41,773 nucleotides of DNA from Streblomastix strix (taxonomy: Eukaryota): positions 1-41,773 of the forward strand of contig SNRW01000018.1 in the NCBI GenBank assembly GCA_008636045.1, read 5' to 3'. The notes under the pieces are model-generated. The model ran no database searches, was not told where the DNA came from, and saw only the letters and a list, made by a program, of their open reading frames with translations. The translations under genes and the position numbers were made by a program. Shown here piece by piece: positions 1 to 9,861 of this stretch (the first letter of the stretch is position 1; each line of letters starts with the position of its first letter).

Positions 1-93
1 TTACATTATTTATTTATTATTATTTATTATTATTATTTATTTTCATTATTTTATATTCATTATTTTATTTAACATTATTTATTTTATTTTTCT

Positions 94-509
94 ATGTGGG
101 GCACTCTCCATATTCTCATAACTACTGAAGTATGAAAATTAGTCACAAAAGATGACTTCTATCTTGGATCAATGAATATGAAAAAGTAAGAAACAGAGGA
201 TGAAGTAGCAAAAGACTAGTCAAAAAATAATGAAATTTGTTAATGGAGATGTGAATTACCTATTCAAACAATATGAAATTCATTTGTCAAGATATGCCCT
301 AAAACATTATGCAAAATCATAAGCTTCTGATTTCTTTCGAAATACATTTTTGTGGAAAGATATTCAAAATTATTCGAATAAAAGGATTTCTTGCCCTATT
401 TAAGCATGGTTGGCTGGCCCTGCTTTACATGTTTATTTTAAAATCGAGAATTCATATCTCAATATAAAATTACACGCCTATTTAATAAGAGAATAATAAT
501 AAATTTTCT
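94..509 (+). pseudogene. 5' piece of a decayed host gene of unknown function, interrupted by later insertions
   Basis: With TAA/TAG=Q, frame 2 reads ...KFVNGDVNYLFKQYEIHLSRYALKHYAKSQASDFFRNTFLWKDIQNYSNKRISCPIQAWLAGPALH..., with two TGAs near 175. The frame choice is uncertain. Confidence 0.35.
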
Positions 510-2193
510 GTTACTTATATGGAATCACTAATGAATCGATTAGAGCTGAAGGAATGAAGAATATACGCTAATTCAATAAGCTATCTGCAAACGCTGATAA
601 GAACTATGGAAAAGCTTTATCTAATGGTGAACGTAAACCTAATTAATGGATTCTAACAAAAATTCTAAAGTATCATAACAAAGAATACTATGAACAAACA
701 ATTAAGCCATTATTGAAATAGAATTATGAAGCAAAAAAGAAGGAAAAATAAATACTAATTAACCAGACGTTGGCTCCTAATAAAATTGATCTAACTGATA
801 ATTTCACTCTACTTCACATATAACAGAAAGCAGCTAATGGAGAATATGAGAATGAGGAACAAATTGTAATGGATTTAACAAAAATAATAGCTTACTATGC
901 TGATGAAACTGAAGATGTTTACATGATTAAAGAATTTGATGCTATCTGTGGCATATTAGTCATTCATCATAAGTTAGAAGGAACAATCTATAAATAATTA
1001 GAGAAGGTTAATATCTGCTTCAAAAATAAGAAAACTGATGATAAAGAAAACTAAAAACCATTAACTGCAAAACATATCTTCAAAAAATATGCTTCAAAAT
1101 TCGTGATGAAAGGATGTAAATTTATAAGTGATTACCCAGAAATATTCAGTATATTCCAAGGATATAAGTATAAAAGATTATATACTAATGATTACGACTG
1201 TTTGCAAATTTCTATAGATTTGATTAAAGAAACTATTGCTGCAGGTGATGAAAGAGTCTATGAATATATTCTTAATTGGATTGCATGGATGATGTAAAAT
1301 TTTGAGAAAAGGTCTAGAGCTGCAATCATATTATAAGGCAGATAAGTGATAGGTAAAAGCAGATTCACTGATGTAATTGCTAAACTAACTAATCGATATA
1401 GTTGTCCTAATATAACAAACATAGATGAGTTCACTGGAAACTTCAATTTAGTTGTAGAAAATAAGATGTTTTAAGTCTTGAATGAGATGAGGAATTATGA
1501 TTCAAAGAAAAGTGTTGTGACAGTAATGAAATCAATTATATCAGATCCAATCATAAGAATTAATGAGAAGAATTAACCAAAACGTACAGCTGAGAATGTA
1601 ATGAATATAATAAATGTAAGTAACGCTGATTCGCCTGAATAATTAGATACTGATGATAGACGTCATTTAGTATGTGCTTGCAAAACTGTTCATTAAGTAA
1701 CAGAAGAACATAAAGAAGATGTTGAATACTTTACTTAATTAAGCTAGAGATATACTTAAGAGTTTTACGAAAATTTAATGACATTCTTACTTGAAAGAGA
1801 TATTTCATAGTTTAATCCAACATTAAATCCAATGACTGAAGCTAAGAAATAATTGATAAATGTTAGTCGAACTCCTGTTGATGACATCATCATTGAACAT
1901 TATGAACAGTTCAAATGAGGTATTCCAATAGCTCTTGTTAATTAATATAAACCATAAAATTGGAAATTAACTACATTTAAGAATGCATTGTAACATAAAC
2001 GTACCGAATAATCACCAAAATTAATGGAATAAGAACTAGAATATAAGTATAATGAAGATTAATAAACATGTTATGATAAGATAATGAATGAAGAAGATAT
2101 TGAAGCATCTAATGTAAATTACTAAAAATATAAGAAAACAATTGAAGATGAAGGGTTCATTGAACAAGTTGTATAGGATGTTAAATAAGAGTG
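510..2193 (+). pseudogene. 5'-truncated superfamily-3 (D5/DUF5906-like) primase-helicase, helicase portion, of viral or mobile-element type
   Basis: Reading TAA/TAG as Q gives YILNWIAWMMQN...AAIILQGRQVIGKS (Walker A, 1337-1360), FTGNFN...VLNE (Walker B), MKSIISD..RINEKNQP, VSN (sensor) and DDRR (Arg finger). In-frame TGA at 1916-1918, probable frameshift near 2030, no introns. Confidence 0.85.
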
Positions 2194-2214
2194 AAAATGA
2201 ATTTATTTTTGTTC

Positions 2215-2788
2215 AAACTTTTATGGCAGGCTTTTGAAGATGGAACAGAAAATGGAACAAATATTTATTCCACACTAGTGTGCATGTGCTAGCGGAATGG
2301 GTTAATAAAGTGATTTGTCTATGTGGAACAAGGAACGGAACGGAACAGAAATTTTAACTCCCGACGTTTTTGTCTGCCATCTGCAATATGCCATAAATGA
2401 AATTATTGGTGTGATGTGTTGGAGATGTGACCATTATTTTTGAAAATGAATGATTCTATGATAATTGAAAATCCTTCAATATATATGTGAAAATGAAAGT
2501 GGAACAATTTTGAAAGCAGATTATTTAGATGGATTCCATAAACGAATTATTATGGCAGTGCGATTTAGGTAGAATATTCACTAGCTGTTCAAATTAGGAT
2601 TAAAAATGAAGGATTATCAAATTATGGCAAATAGTAGCACTTTTTCACAATCTAAAAAATTTCTGTTCCGTTCCGTTCCATGTTCCACCTAGAGATTTAT
2701 ATAATATTATCTATGATTCTAACACATGCGCACTAATATGTGGAACAAAATGGAACAATTTCAAATTAGACCCCTGCCATAAAGTTTT
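2215..2788. repeat. ~570-bp imperfect palindrome with ~140-bp inverted arms rich in GGAAC/GTTCC repeats
   Basis: aaacttttatggcagg (2215) pairs with cctgccataaagtttt (~2773). gtggaacaaggaacggaacggaacagaaatttt (~2323) pairs with aaaatttctgttccgttccgttccatgttccac (~2656). ctagtgtgcatgtg pairs with cacatgcgcactaa. Confidence 0.85.
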
Positions 2789-3151
2789 ATAATTATTATT
2801 ACTACTCATTAATGGGAAAAATTAATTGACAAAAATAATTTCATTGATCAGATGTACCAATCCGTCTTAATTTACCTTATTTGTCCAATTATCTTGATTC
2901 AATAATGTAGTATCTTTATCGTTTCTTTGCTTATTGCTATTAGATCTTACCATCACATAAATCCATTACAGTTTGTATGAATGCACTAGTTTTATATCCT
3001 TTCTCTCTTTATTCTTTAGTCGAAGTCAATCCGTCGTGTTACATTTATTAACAAATAAAAATAAATCAAATTCACTAATTATTACGATCAATTATCAGGT
3101 AATGACAATGAAGAATTGAAGTTGCTGTGCAGTAAGAGAGCAAATAGATTT
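2789..3151 (+). pseudogene. Middle exons of the interrupted host gene (exon to 3037, intron 3038-3098, exon 3099-3151)
   Basis: GTTACA donor at 3038 and CAG acceptor at 3098. The frame reads SDVPIRLNLPYLSNYLDS...EVNPSC/NDNEELKLLCSKRANRF and resumes after the DIRS element. Confidence 0.5.
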
Positions 3152-3240
3152 CTTACTATTACCCAGAACCCTTATTACAGCCTCCATTTATTTATTGGGA
3201 ATACAGTGGCCGTTAATGGGGCCAGGATCAAAACAAAATC
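3150..3240. repeat. DIRS 3' inverted terminal repeat
   Basis: cccttattacagcctccatttatttattgggaatacagtggccgttaatggggccaggatcaaaacaaaat is the imperfect reverse complement of 8290-8362. Confidence 0.9.
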
Positions 3241-3499
3241 AGTATCAAAGGCGATGAAGTGCATTGATTGTTTTGCAACATAGCTAAAAACCTTCAAGCT
3301 ACTTCAGCGCGAAGGAGTTTCATCTTCAGTTTCATCACTGAGAAAGTTGAGCGAATCTGATCCGAACGTCTCGTACTCGGCTGTCACTTCATGACAATGA
3401 GTAGAAGAACCGAGTTGTTGTGTATGAAGGTTGTTAAATTATTAAAATGATGTAATTGAAATAAATTTGTTTATTAATGTTCGAGTTAGATTTATTTGA

Positions 3500-3620
3500 T
3501 TGAATAATAAAAATAGAGGCTGTAAAAAGGGTTCCGGGTAATAGTAAAACGCAATCATTCCCCTCTGGGTTTTATCTAACCCATTCACCATTATTACAGC
3601 CTCCGTTTCTTTATTGGAAA
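3500..3620. repeat. DIRS internal complementary region (ICR)
   Basis: 3500-3548 is inverted relative to 3151-3197, and 3548-3620 is inverted relative to 8332-8402. The junction gggtaatagtaaaacgcaatc mirrors the predicted circle junction. Confidence 0.9.
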
Positions 3621-3730
3621 TGTCATCCTTCAAAGTAACGGTTAGTATTTGTCGAGAAATTTATAGATTCAACACAGAGAGGTCGTGCTTCCTAACCGTA
3701 CCTACTCAGAGCTGCCGAATCTATAAATTA

Positions 3731-3930
3731 GTCGAGAAAATTGTTAAATAAAACAAATTCTCGTGCAAAAGTTCTCGGAAAAAGTAAATATTCTCGAGTC
3801 TATGTAATAAATGGCTCGGAAATGTTAAATAAAATAAATTCTCGAGCAAGAATGCTCGAAAAAGTTAATAATCTCGATTCTATGAAATAAATTGCGCAGA
3901 AATGTTTTATATAATATATTCTCGAACTAA
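3731..3930. repeat. ~81-bp tandem repeat (~2.5 copies) in the DIRS 3' non-coding region
   Basis: aaatgttaaataaaataaattctcg-like units recur at ~3738, ~3820 and ~3900, with CTCG sub-repeats. Confidence 0.7.
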
Positions 3931-4092
3931 AATATCAGATGAACTGATAATTAGTCATAATTCTAACTAGATCATTAGTAAATATAGTAGATGTAAATCT
4001 ATAGTAGTTACTTGAGATTTAAGGTTGGAATTGATATTTTAAGTTTGTAGAAATGTAAATATTGAGTTGGGATGGTACCTTGAGCAAAGGTT

Positions 4093-5140
4093 TCAAAGAG
4101 TGATGGATAATGAGTAGCAAAATGAAATCGCCAATAATATTAACCAAGAATTGCTATATCTCCATACTAACCTCTTTTCTAACAGTAAGGCTCCAAGATC
4201 CCTTTAAATGTGACGATTACAGTAGATATCGACCACCTGCGAATTAATGGAGTGCCGTGTAAATGAATTAATCTCAACTTAAGAAGCTCCAGATTATTTT
4301 AGCCTCGTCATCATCGAATGACGAATAGAGGTCCCGGAATATGTGGAAGGAATGTCGGCCATTCTTAATAGTGTAGACAGGAGTTTGTTACAGTCCTGAG
4401 GAGTGGCATTTATCCTTTTTGTGAAGTTCTACCACAATGAGGTAGATTCAGAAGAAATTGATCATCTAATGATTATCCATGCTTGAAGAGTTTCAATTGG
4501 GCAGCATTTGCAGTGGCGGGGGATCAGTTTAATCATATCATTTCTCAATATGCCACTTTTTTCAGAAGATTTTATTTTTGCATTTATTCTCCAATGTAGC
4601 AAATATCTTCAAGAACCATCTTGGCCAATTCAGTCATACGAACTGCAGAGAATGCTACGAGAAGAGCAATCGCCTTAACTTGGACATCGCTGTTAGAATG
4701 TGATTTCCACTTGTTCACAAAGTTGAATAGAACAAATATTTCCCAGATTGTCTCGTATTTCGGTTCGGTTTCGTAATTAAGTTGGTATTCCTTCACGAAA
4801 AATTTGATGAGCGGAGAATTGGCAACCTCTTTCATCTTTGATAATTGATTGCATAAAACACAGCTATGAGTTTTTAAAACTTTCAACTTTGAAAACATCT
4901 TCTCGCCTCCTTATTTTGCAATCCATGCAAGTGCATTCACAATTTGAATGTCTGGAGATTCATCTAATAGTAGTTCAATATCGATATGATTAGTTTCAAT
5001 ATAATCCGCTAAATATGTTAATCCTGTCCTTCATTTCCTACAAGTTTCGAATGATATTGTGCTTAATGTCTAAAAGATAGCGTCATCTGTAAATCCAGCA
5101 AGGTGCAGGAGATTAACATACAGAATTTCACCGTTCACTG
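4093..5140 (-). pseudogene. DIRS tyrosine recombinase (disrupted)
   Basis: PKYETIWEI...LLVAFSAVRMTEL (catalytic Arg), CCPIETLQAW, SGTSIRHSMMT, FTRHS, VDIY. In-frame TGAs and a frameshift near 4570. Confidence 0.85.
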
Positions 5141-5144
5141 ATTT

Positions 5145-7000
5145 TTCATTAGTAGTGCCAGGATATTTCCTGGGATAACTTCTCTAAATCGTTATTCTGC
5201 ATTCTCTTACTTGGGATAAGTACTTGAAGTGATGGGCCCAAGTTCAATTCCTTCGACACATTTGTTATCAATAGTTAATACTTAATCCTACACCAATTCG
5301 GTATTATTAGTAAGGCATTCGCATGATCTCTAGTTATTTTGTTGATAACTTTCGGGGTCTAGTTAATCGGAGGGTGAATTAAGACTGGTTCTTGTCCCCA
5401 ATTCATTGTGTATGCTTTAACTTTTATAGCGTTGAAGTCTGAGGATACGGAGAAATACCTTTTCAATTGTTTTTTTTGTTCTGTTTGCGAAGCAATCCAG
5501 AGTAAGGAAGAATTTGAGAGTGTTTAGAGCCTCCAGAAGAGTAATTTGATCCAGCATAAAGTCTTCGAACCATGCTAGACGATTGAGAGAGTCCGCTTGG
5601 GTATTGTTCAGACCCAGGATGTAAGAAACTACTAAACAGATCTTGATTTTCTTGTATATTTATTCTATTATTCTAACCAGAAGAAGAAGAGGTTTTCTTG
5701 CTTTCCATTTCCTTAGGTAATACATCACAGTCATATTATCTGTAAGTAGATTGAAGCACCGAGTCTCGTTAGTCTACATTTCCAGTGTGAAAGATCTTAA
5801 ACCCTTGATTACCGCTGTCATTTCTCGCTTATTACTTGATATTAAGAGCCAACAGGGGCCCCACTAACCTGTATCCATCTGTAACTGTTGGTTAACCTCC
5901 AAGGTTGAGCCCCAACCAGTTTCTGAGGCATCAGTTGTCAATGTAATTGAAGGTGTTGAATCTTGAAGAAGTCTCGGTTTATTCAAATTGATCCAATCCA
6001 GCAATTAATATAGGTTTGATAAGATATATTTATGTAGTTTAAGATTCATTCCCCAGTTTCCATTTAATATCGTTACTGTTTTAAGGTGGTTTAGGCTATT
6101 AGGAGCTAAAGAAGCATATGTCATTTGAAACCTCAGAAATGATAGCTCGCCGATCAAGTGAGCAAGTGAGTGGACATTCACTTCTGCATTATTTTTCTTC
6201 TCTTCTATCCAATTTTTCACTAATGTTTTCATTTTCTTTCTTCTTGGAGCTGGCATCTGAACATCCATTGTGATAGTGTTCCATTACCAACCTAGACATT
6301 TGAACCTTTGGTAAGGGATCATCCTGCATTTCTCTGGTGCAAGCATCCAACCTAGATCTTTAAGAAATTATGCTATCTACTTAGTCATTTTTTGTAATTC
6401 CTATTTGACAGGATGCAAAAGAAGAATATCGTCTATGTATGATGTGATCTTAACCTTTCAACTCTTTCTCATCTATCGTGTGTATACTTATAGAGTTTTG
6501 GTAAACGTATAAGGGCTACGGTTCCAACCAAATGGAAGACTGGCATAAGTGTATATCTTGTTATGGAAAGCGAAGCCAAAGTAGGAACAGAGAGATGAAT
6601 GAACATTAACATGGTGATACGCATCGCAAATATCTAGAGTTATTGCAAAATCTTCTGACTAAATTAACTATCGAAGGTCTTTCCCACCATCCATCTGGAA
6701 CTTCTGATTCATTGTTACTGAGTTCACCATTCTACAATCGAGTATCTTGCGGAGTCTACCATCGCTTCGAGGCACCAAAAATGTTCTATTTAAAACTTTC
6801 ACTGAAAGAACTTCTATTACAATCCCTTGCTGTATTTCTTTCTATAACTATTTATTATACTTCTCATCCATTTGAGGTATTCTTTAAAATTAGTTTGGGA
6901 GAGACTACATTTCCAGTTATTGGAGGTCTCGTGGAGATGTCCAAATTGATATTGCACCTTGTTAAATTAAAAAAGGAATCCCTCTATTTCTTCTCATTTG
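5145..7000 (-). pseudogene. DIRS pol: reverse transcriptase, RNase H and N6-adenine methyltransferase-like domain (disrupted)
   Basis: RT motifs FLVPRSDGRLRKILDCR, LDICDAYHH, LPFGWNRSP, YIDD (6439-6428). RNase H motifs TDASETGWG, SNKRE, TDN, NTQADSLNR. MT-like motifs LDCFAN...WGQEPVLIHPP...IIPNW. In-frame TGAs and a frameshift near 5475. Confidence 0.92.
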
Positions 7001-7168
7001 TTCACTTTACTCAATAGTCTTTGGAGGACTGGAATGTTTTTCATTTGCACACTATCTTCTAATTAAATCTTTGTTTCAGATAGAATGTTCATCTCCATCA
7101 CTCACCTCTTCTAATTCATTCTCCGGTTATCCCCTCTAAGCCATCCGGGGATTCTCAGGCATCATAGT

Positions 7169-8266
7169 TCATTGAGGTGGTTACTATTGAGGTATAGGAG
7201 GCTACACGATTGATTGCTGCTAACCAATATATTACTGAGGTTGCTAAATAGCATTCTGGAATTGAAGTACTTATTACAGAATAAATGGTTATTGATAATA
7301 TTACTGTTGATATTATTATTTATTGAAAGGTTGTTACTAGTTTTGTATATGCAATTAAGGGAACAGTTAGCCTTAACGTCCTCTTTTGAAAGGACCATTG
7401 AACTGAGTTGGAATTGACAAAAATGGAAAGGTAAGTCTCTATTATCCGAATTAATTTCAACTTTTGAAGAAAGATGATCTATTGAACTTATTGAAAGGTA
7501 TGAAGGACTGCCGTTGAGCCTGTGGAATTTATGCTTGAATAGACGGAAGTTGTTGAGACTATATCCGTATTGGTTGCGCTGGTGATGCTGTCGGAGTGAT
7601 TGGTGTTTGAAAATGTAAGACAGATTTAGCGGCTTCTTTCACCTTCTCTATTGACTCTTGTCCGAAAACCTAAAGTGAATCACCTTCTTTGCCCAAGATT
7701 GACTTGAATTTGTCAGGGGATAGCGAAATTTCTCTGCGTTGCTAAGATTATCCGCCAATAATCCTTAAAACATAATGATATGTCAAAAGCCAACTCATTG
7801 CTGCTTCTGGATCTTCCAAGCCAAACGAACTTTAAGCAGCAACAATAGCTCGTTGACATTAAACAGCCATTCTTACAGTTTCCGCGTCTGACGCATGGTC
7901 GTTGTCTCCTATCTTTGCTTTTGCTCCTTTTTTGTTAAGTTCTAGTCTTATGCAAGTTTTAAATCTTTCGTCAATCTCCGAAATTTCGTCTTCCGAAGTC
8001 CGTTCACCAGTTGGATCTAAATCTTCGGCATTTTGGTCATAGTAAAGCTCAAAAACCTTGGTAATTGCCTTTAATTATTTCTGAATTAACTCTACTTCTG
8101 GTCTATGCGGTATTGCATTCGACATTGACTGCAGCCAGTTAGGTGCGCCCAGGTTTTGTAAAAGGCCTGCGCCCGCTAGGATAGTAGCTTTGTTAGCGTC
8201 TTGATTCGGAAGGACCGGATCATTCATAGCAGGTGGGTCTCCTGGCTTTTGATTGATGTTCTCCAT
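7169..8266 (-). pseudogene. DIRS gag-like ORF1 with Gln/Pro-rich C-terminus
   Basis: ATG at 8266 (MENINQKPG...), open with TAA/TAG=Q apart from a break near 7455. Its position upstream of RT matches gag. Confidence 0.7.
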
Positions 8267-8289
8267 CGAATTATTTAAGGAGAAATTAA

Positions 8290-8402
8290 AATTTTGTATT
8301 GATCCTGGCCCTATTAACGGCCGCTGAATTCCCAATAAAGAAATTGAGGCTGTAATAAGGGTGAATGGGTTAAATAAAACCCAGAGAGAAATGATTGGGT
8401 TT
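8290..8402. repeat. DIRS 5' inverted terminal repeat
   Basis: Reverse complement of 3165-3240 and of the ICR half 3548-3620. Confidence 0.9.
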
Positions 8403-9440
8403 AATGAACTGTTTAGAGCTTAATTAAACTATATAGGAAGAATAGAATAGCTATTAAATGATATTTAAATTTGTCTATTTGAATATATATATACAGAAAA
8501 TATCGGTTAATTCGACGATGCATGAGCCAAAAAAAACCGCCGTCGAATTAAGTATAATTCGACGATTTATGTAATTTTCTAATAGTTTTTAAAAAAATTC
8601 GGTGAAAATTTCAATTTTTTTTAAAAATTTATGAAATTTTTAAAATATTTTTTCGTCGAATTAACTGATAAGTCGAATTAAGCGATAGTCGAATTAACCG
8701 ATATTTACTATATATATATATATATATTCATATCTTGAGTTCAATTACATTTCAATTTTTTTATTATCTATTCATTTTGGTTATAACAGGAGAGTCAGAT
8801 ACTGATGATGGTAGAAAAGTGGAGATTATTGGTACTTATAATTATGAATTATAATTATAATTATGATTTATATATATATTTAAGAATTACAATTTATAAT
8901 ATGTTAATACTTTTAGTTTGATTTTCATTATATCTTTACATAAGGTCACTAACTTTATGTAATATAATCAAATGGAGTGAGATCATATGATAATAAATTA
9001 ATTATTGATTTACTACCTGATCAACATTATGATGTACATCAATCTAATCCAGCATTAGAAAATTACGGTATTTAGTATTTATATATATTGAGTATTTATT
9101 AATTATTTGTATTTAATAATAGACCATGTAAGATCTAATTATTTTTTAAAAAAATATATTTATATTAATTAACATAAAAGAGAAGAGAGGTCTGGCTGTT
9201 GTATCGAAGCCTGTTCGAGTAGATCCACTGAAACTCAAAATATATTAATGCATTTAATATTAATTTGCATTATATTCCATAATTATTTATTTATTTATTT
9301 ATTCATTCATTAATTTATTTATTCTTTTATCGATAATTTATTAATTAGAATAACGCTCCAACAATTGAATTCCCAGGTTGTTTTGCTCATCCCAATTTCT
9401 GCTTTATTTTCCTGATTGTACATAGAGTACTTGTTTGATG
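8403..9440 (+). pseudogene. 3' exons of the interrupted host gene (about 8403-8472, 8790-8831, 8945-9067, 9123-9127, ~9183-9240, ~9349-9438)
   Basis: GT..AG introns. The frame reads NELFRAQLNYIGRIEQLL...ESDTDDGRKVEIIGHQLYVIQSNGVRSYDNKLIIDLLPDQHYDVHQSNPALENYDH. One donor appears lost and no product is recognised. Confidence 0.45.
8494..8710. mobile_element. Tc1/mariner-pogo-type MITE (217 bp) inside an intron
   Basis: TIRs cagaaaatatcggttaattcgac and gtcgaattaaccgatatttacta, flanked by TA, with internal GTCGAATTAA repeats. Confidence 0.8.
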
Positions 9441-9861
9441 ATGATAATATTTAAATATAAATAATAATTAATAATAGTAATTTAAATAATCTAAGAATGC
9501 ATTTGATACATCACTTCTCTCAATATTAGAAGCTCGAACTAAATTGAATAATAATAAAAATATAAGTAGTATTTTATTAATATTTTAGTTATTTTAATTC
9601 ATTTCATAATCAGTAATAATCTTAATTGTTATTAATTATAATTTTATATTCAATGTTATAATTAACTTTAAACATCATTATTAAAAATTGACTCTATTAT
9701 GTGTTGCAACTTTTATCATGTGAAAAAAATTCAAAATCACAAAATTGCATATTGTGCTCGATCTATAGGATCATATTCGTAAATTTTTGATGTTTATTAT
9801 TAATATTTAATTTTTATGATCATTTTCTCTGAATATAGACTTAATTATAACTGCAGGATCA

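Larger units (their letters stand above)
3149..8402 (-). mobile_element. DIRS-1-type tyrosine-recombinase retrotransposon, structurally complete, ORFs decayed
   Basis: Inverted terminal repeats at ~3150-3240 and ~8290-8402, an internal complementary region at ~3500-3620, TTT at both ends, and gag, RT/RNaseH/MT and YR ORFs in order on the minus strand. Confidence 0.93.

Noticed and set aside
2841..3044. Minus-strand 67-codon ORF (MQHDGLTSTKEQREKGYKTSAF...) vaguely resembling the helicase C-terminus
   Set aside because: The plus strand has GT-AG splice sites and a frame continuing across the DIRS insertion. Short TGA-free frames arise by chance in this code.
3315..3345. Possible hammerhead ribozyme core (CTGAAGA-T-GAAAC on the minus strand) in the DIRS 3' region
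   Set aside because: There is no stem II and no convincing stems I or III.
3731..3930. CRISPR-like appearance of spaced repeats (also 35548-35692)
   Set aside because: The intervening sequences are themselves repeated, the units are degenerate, the context is eukaryotic and no cas genes are present.
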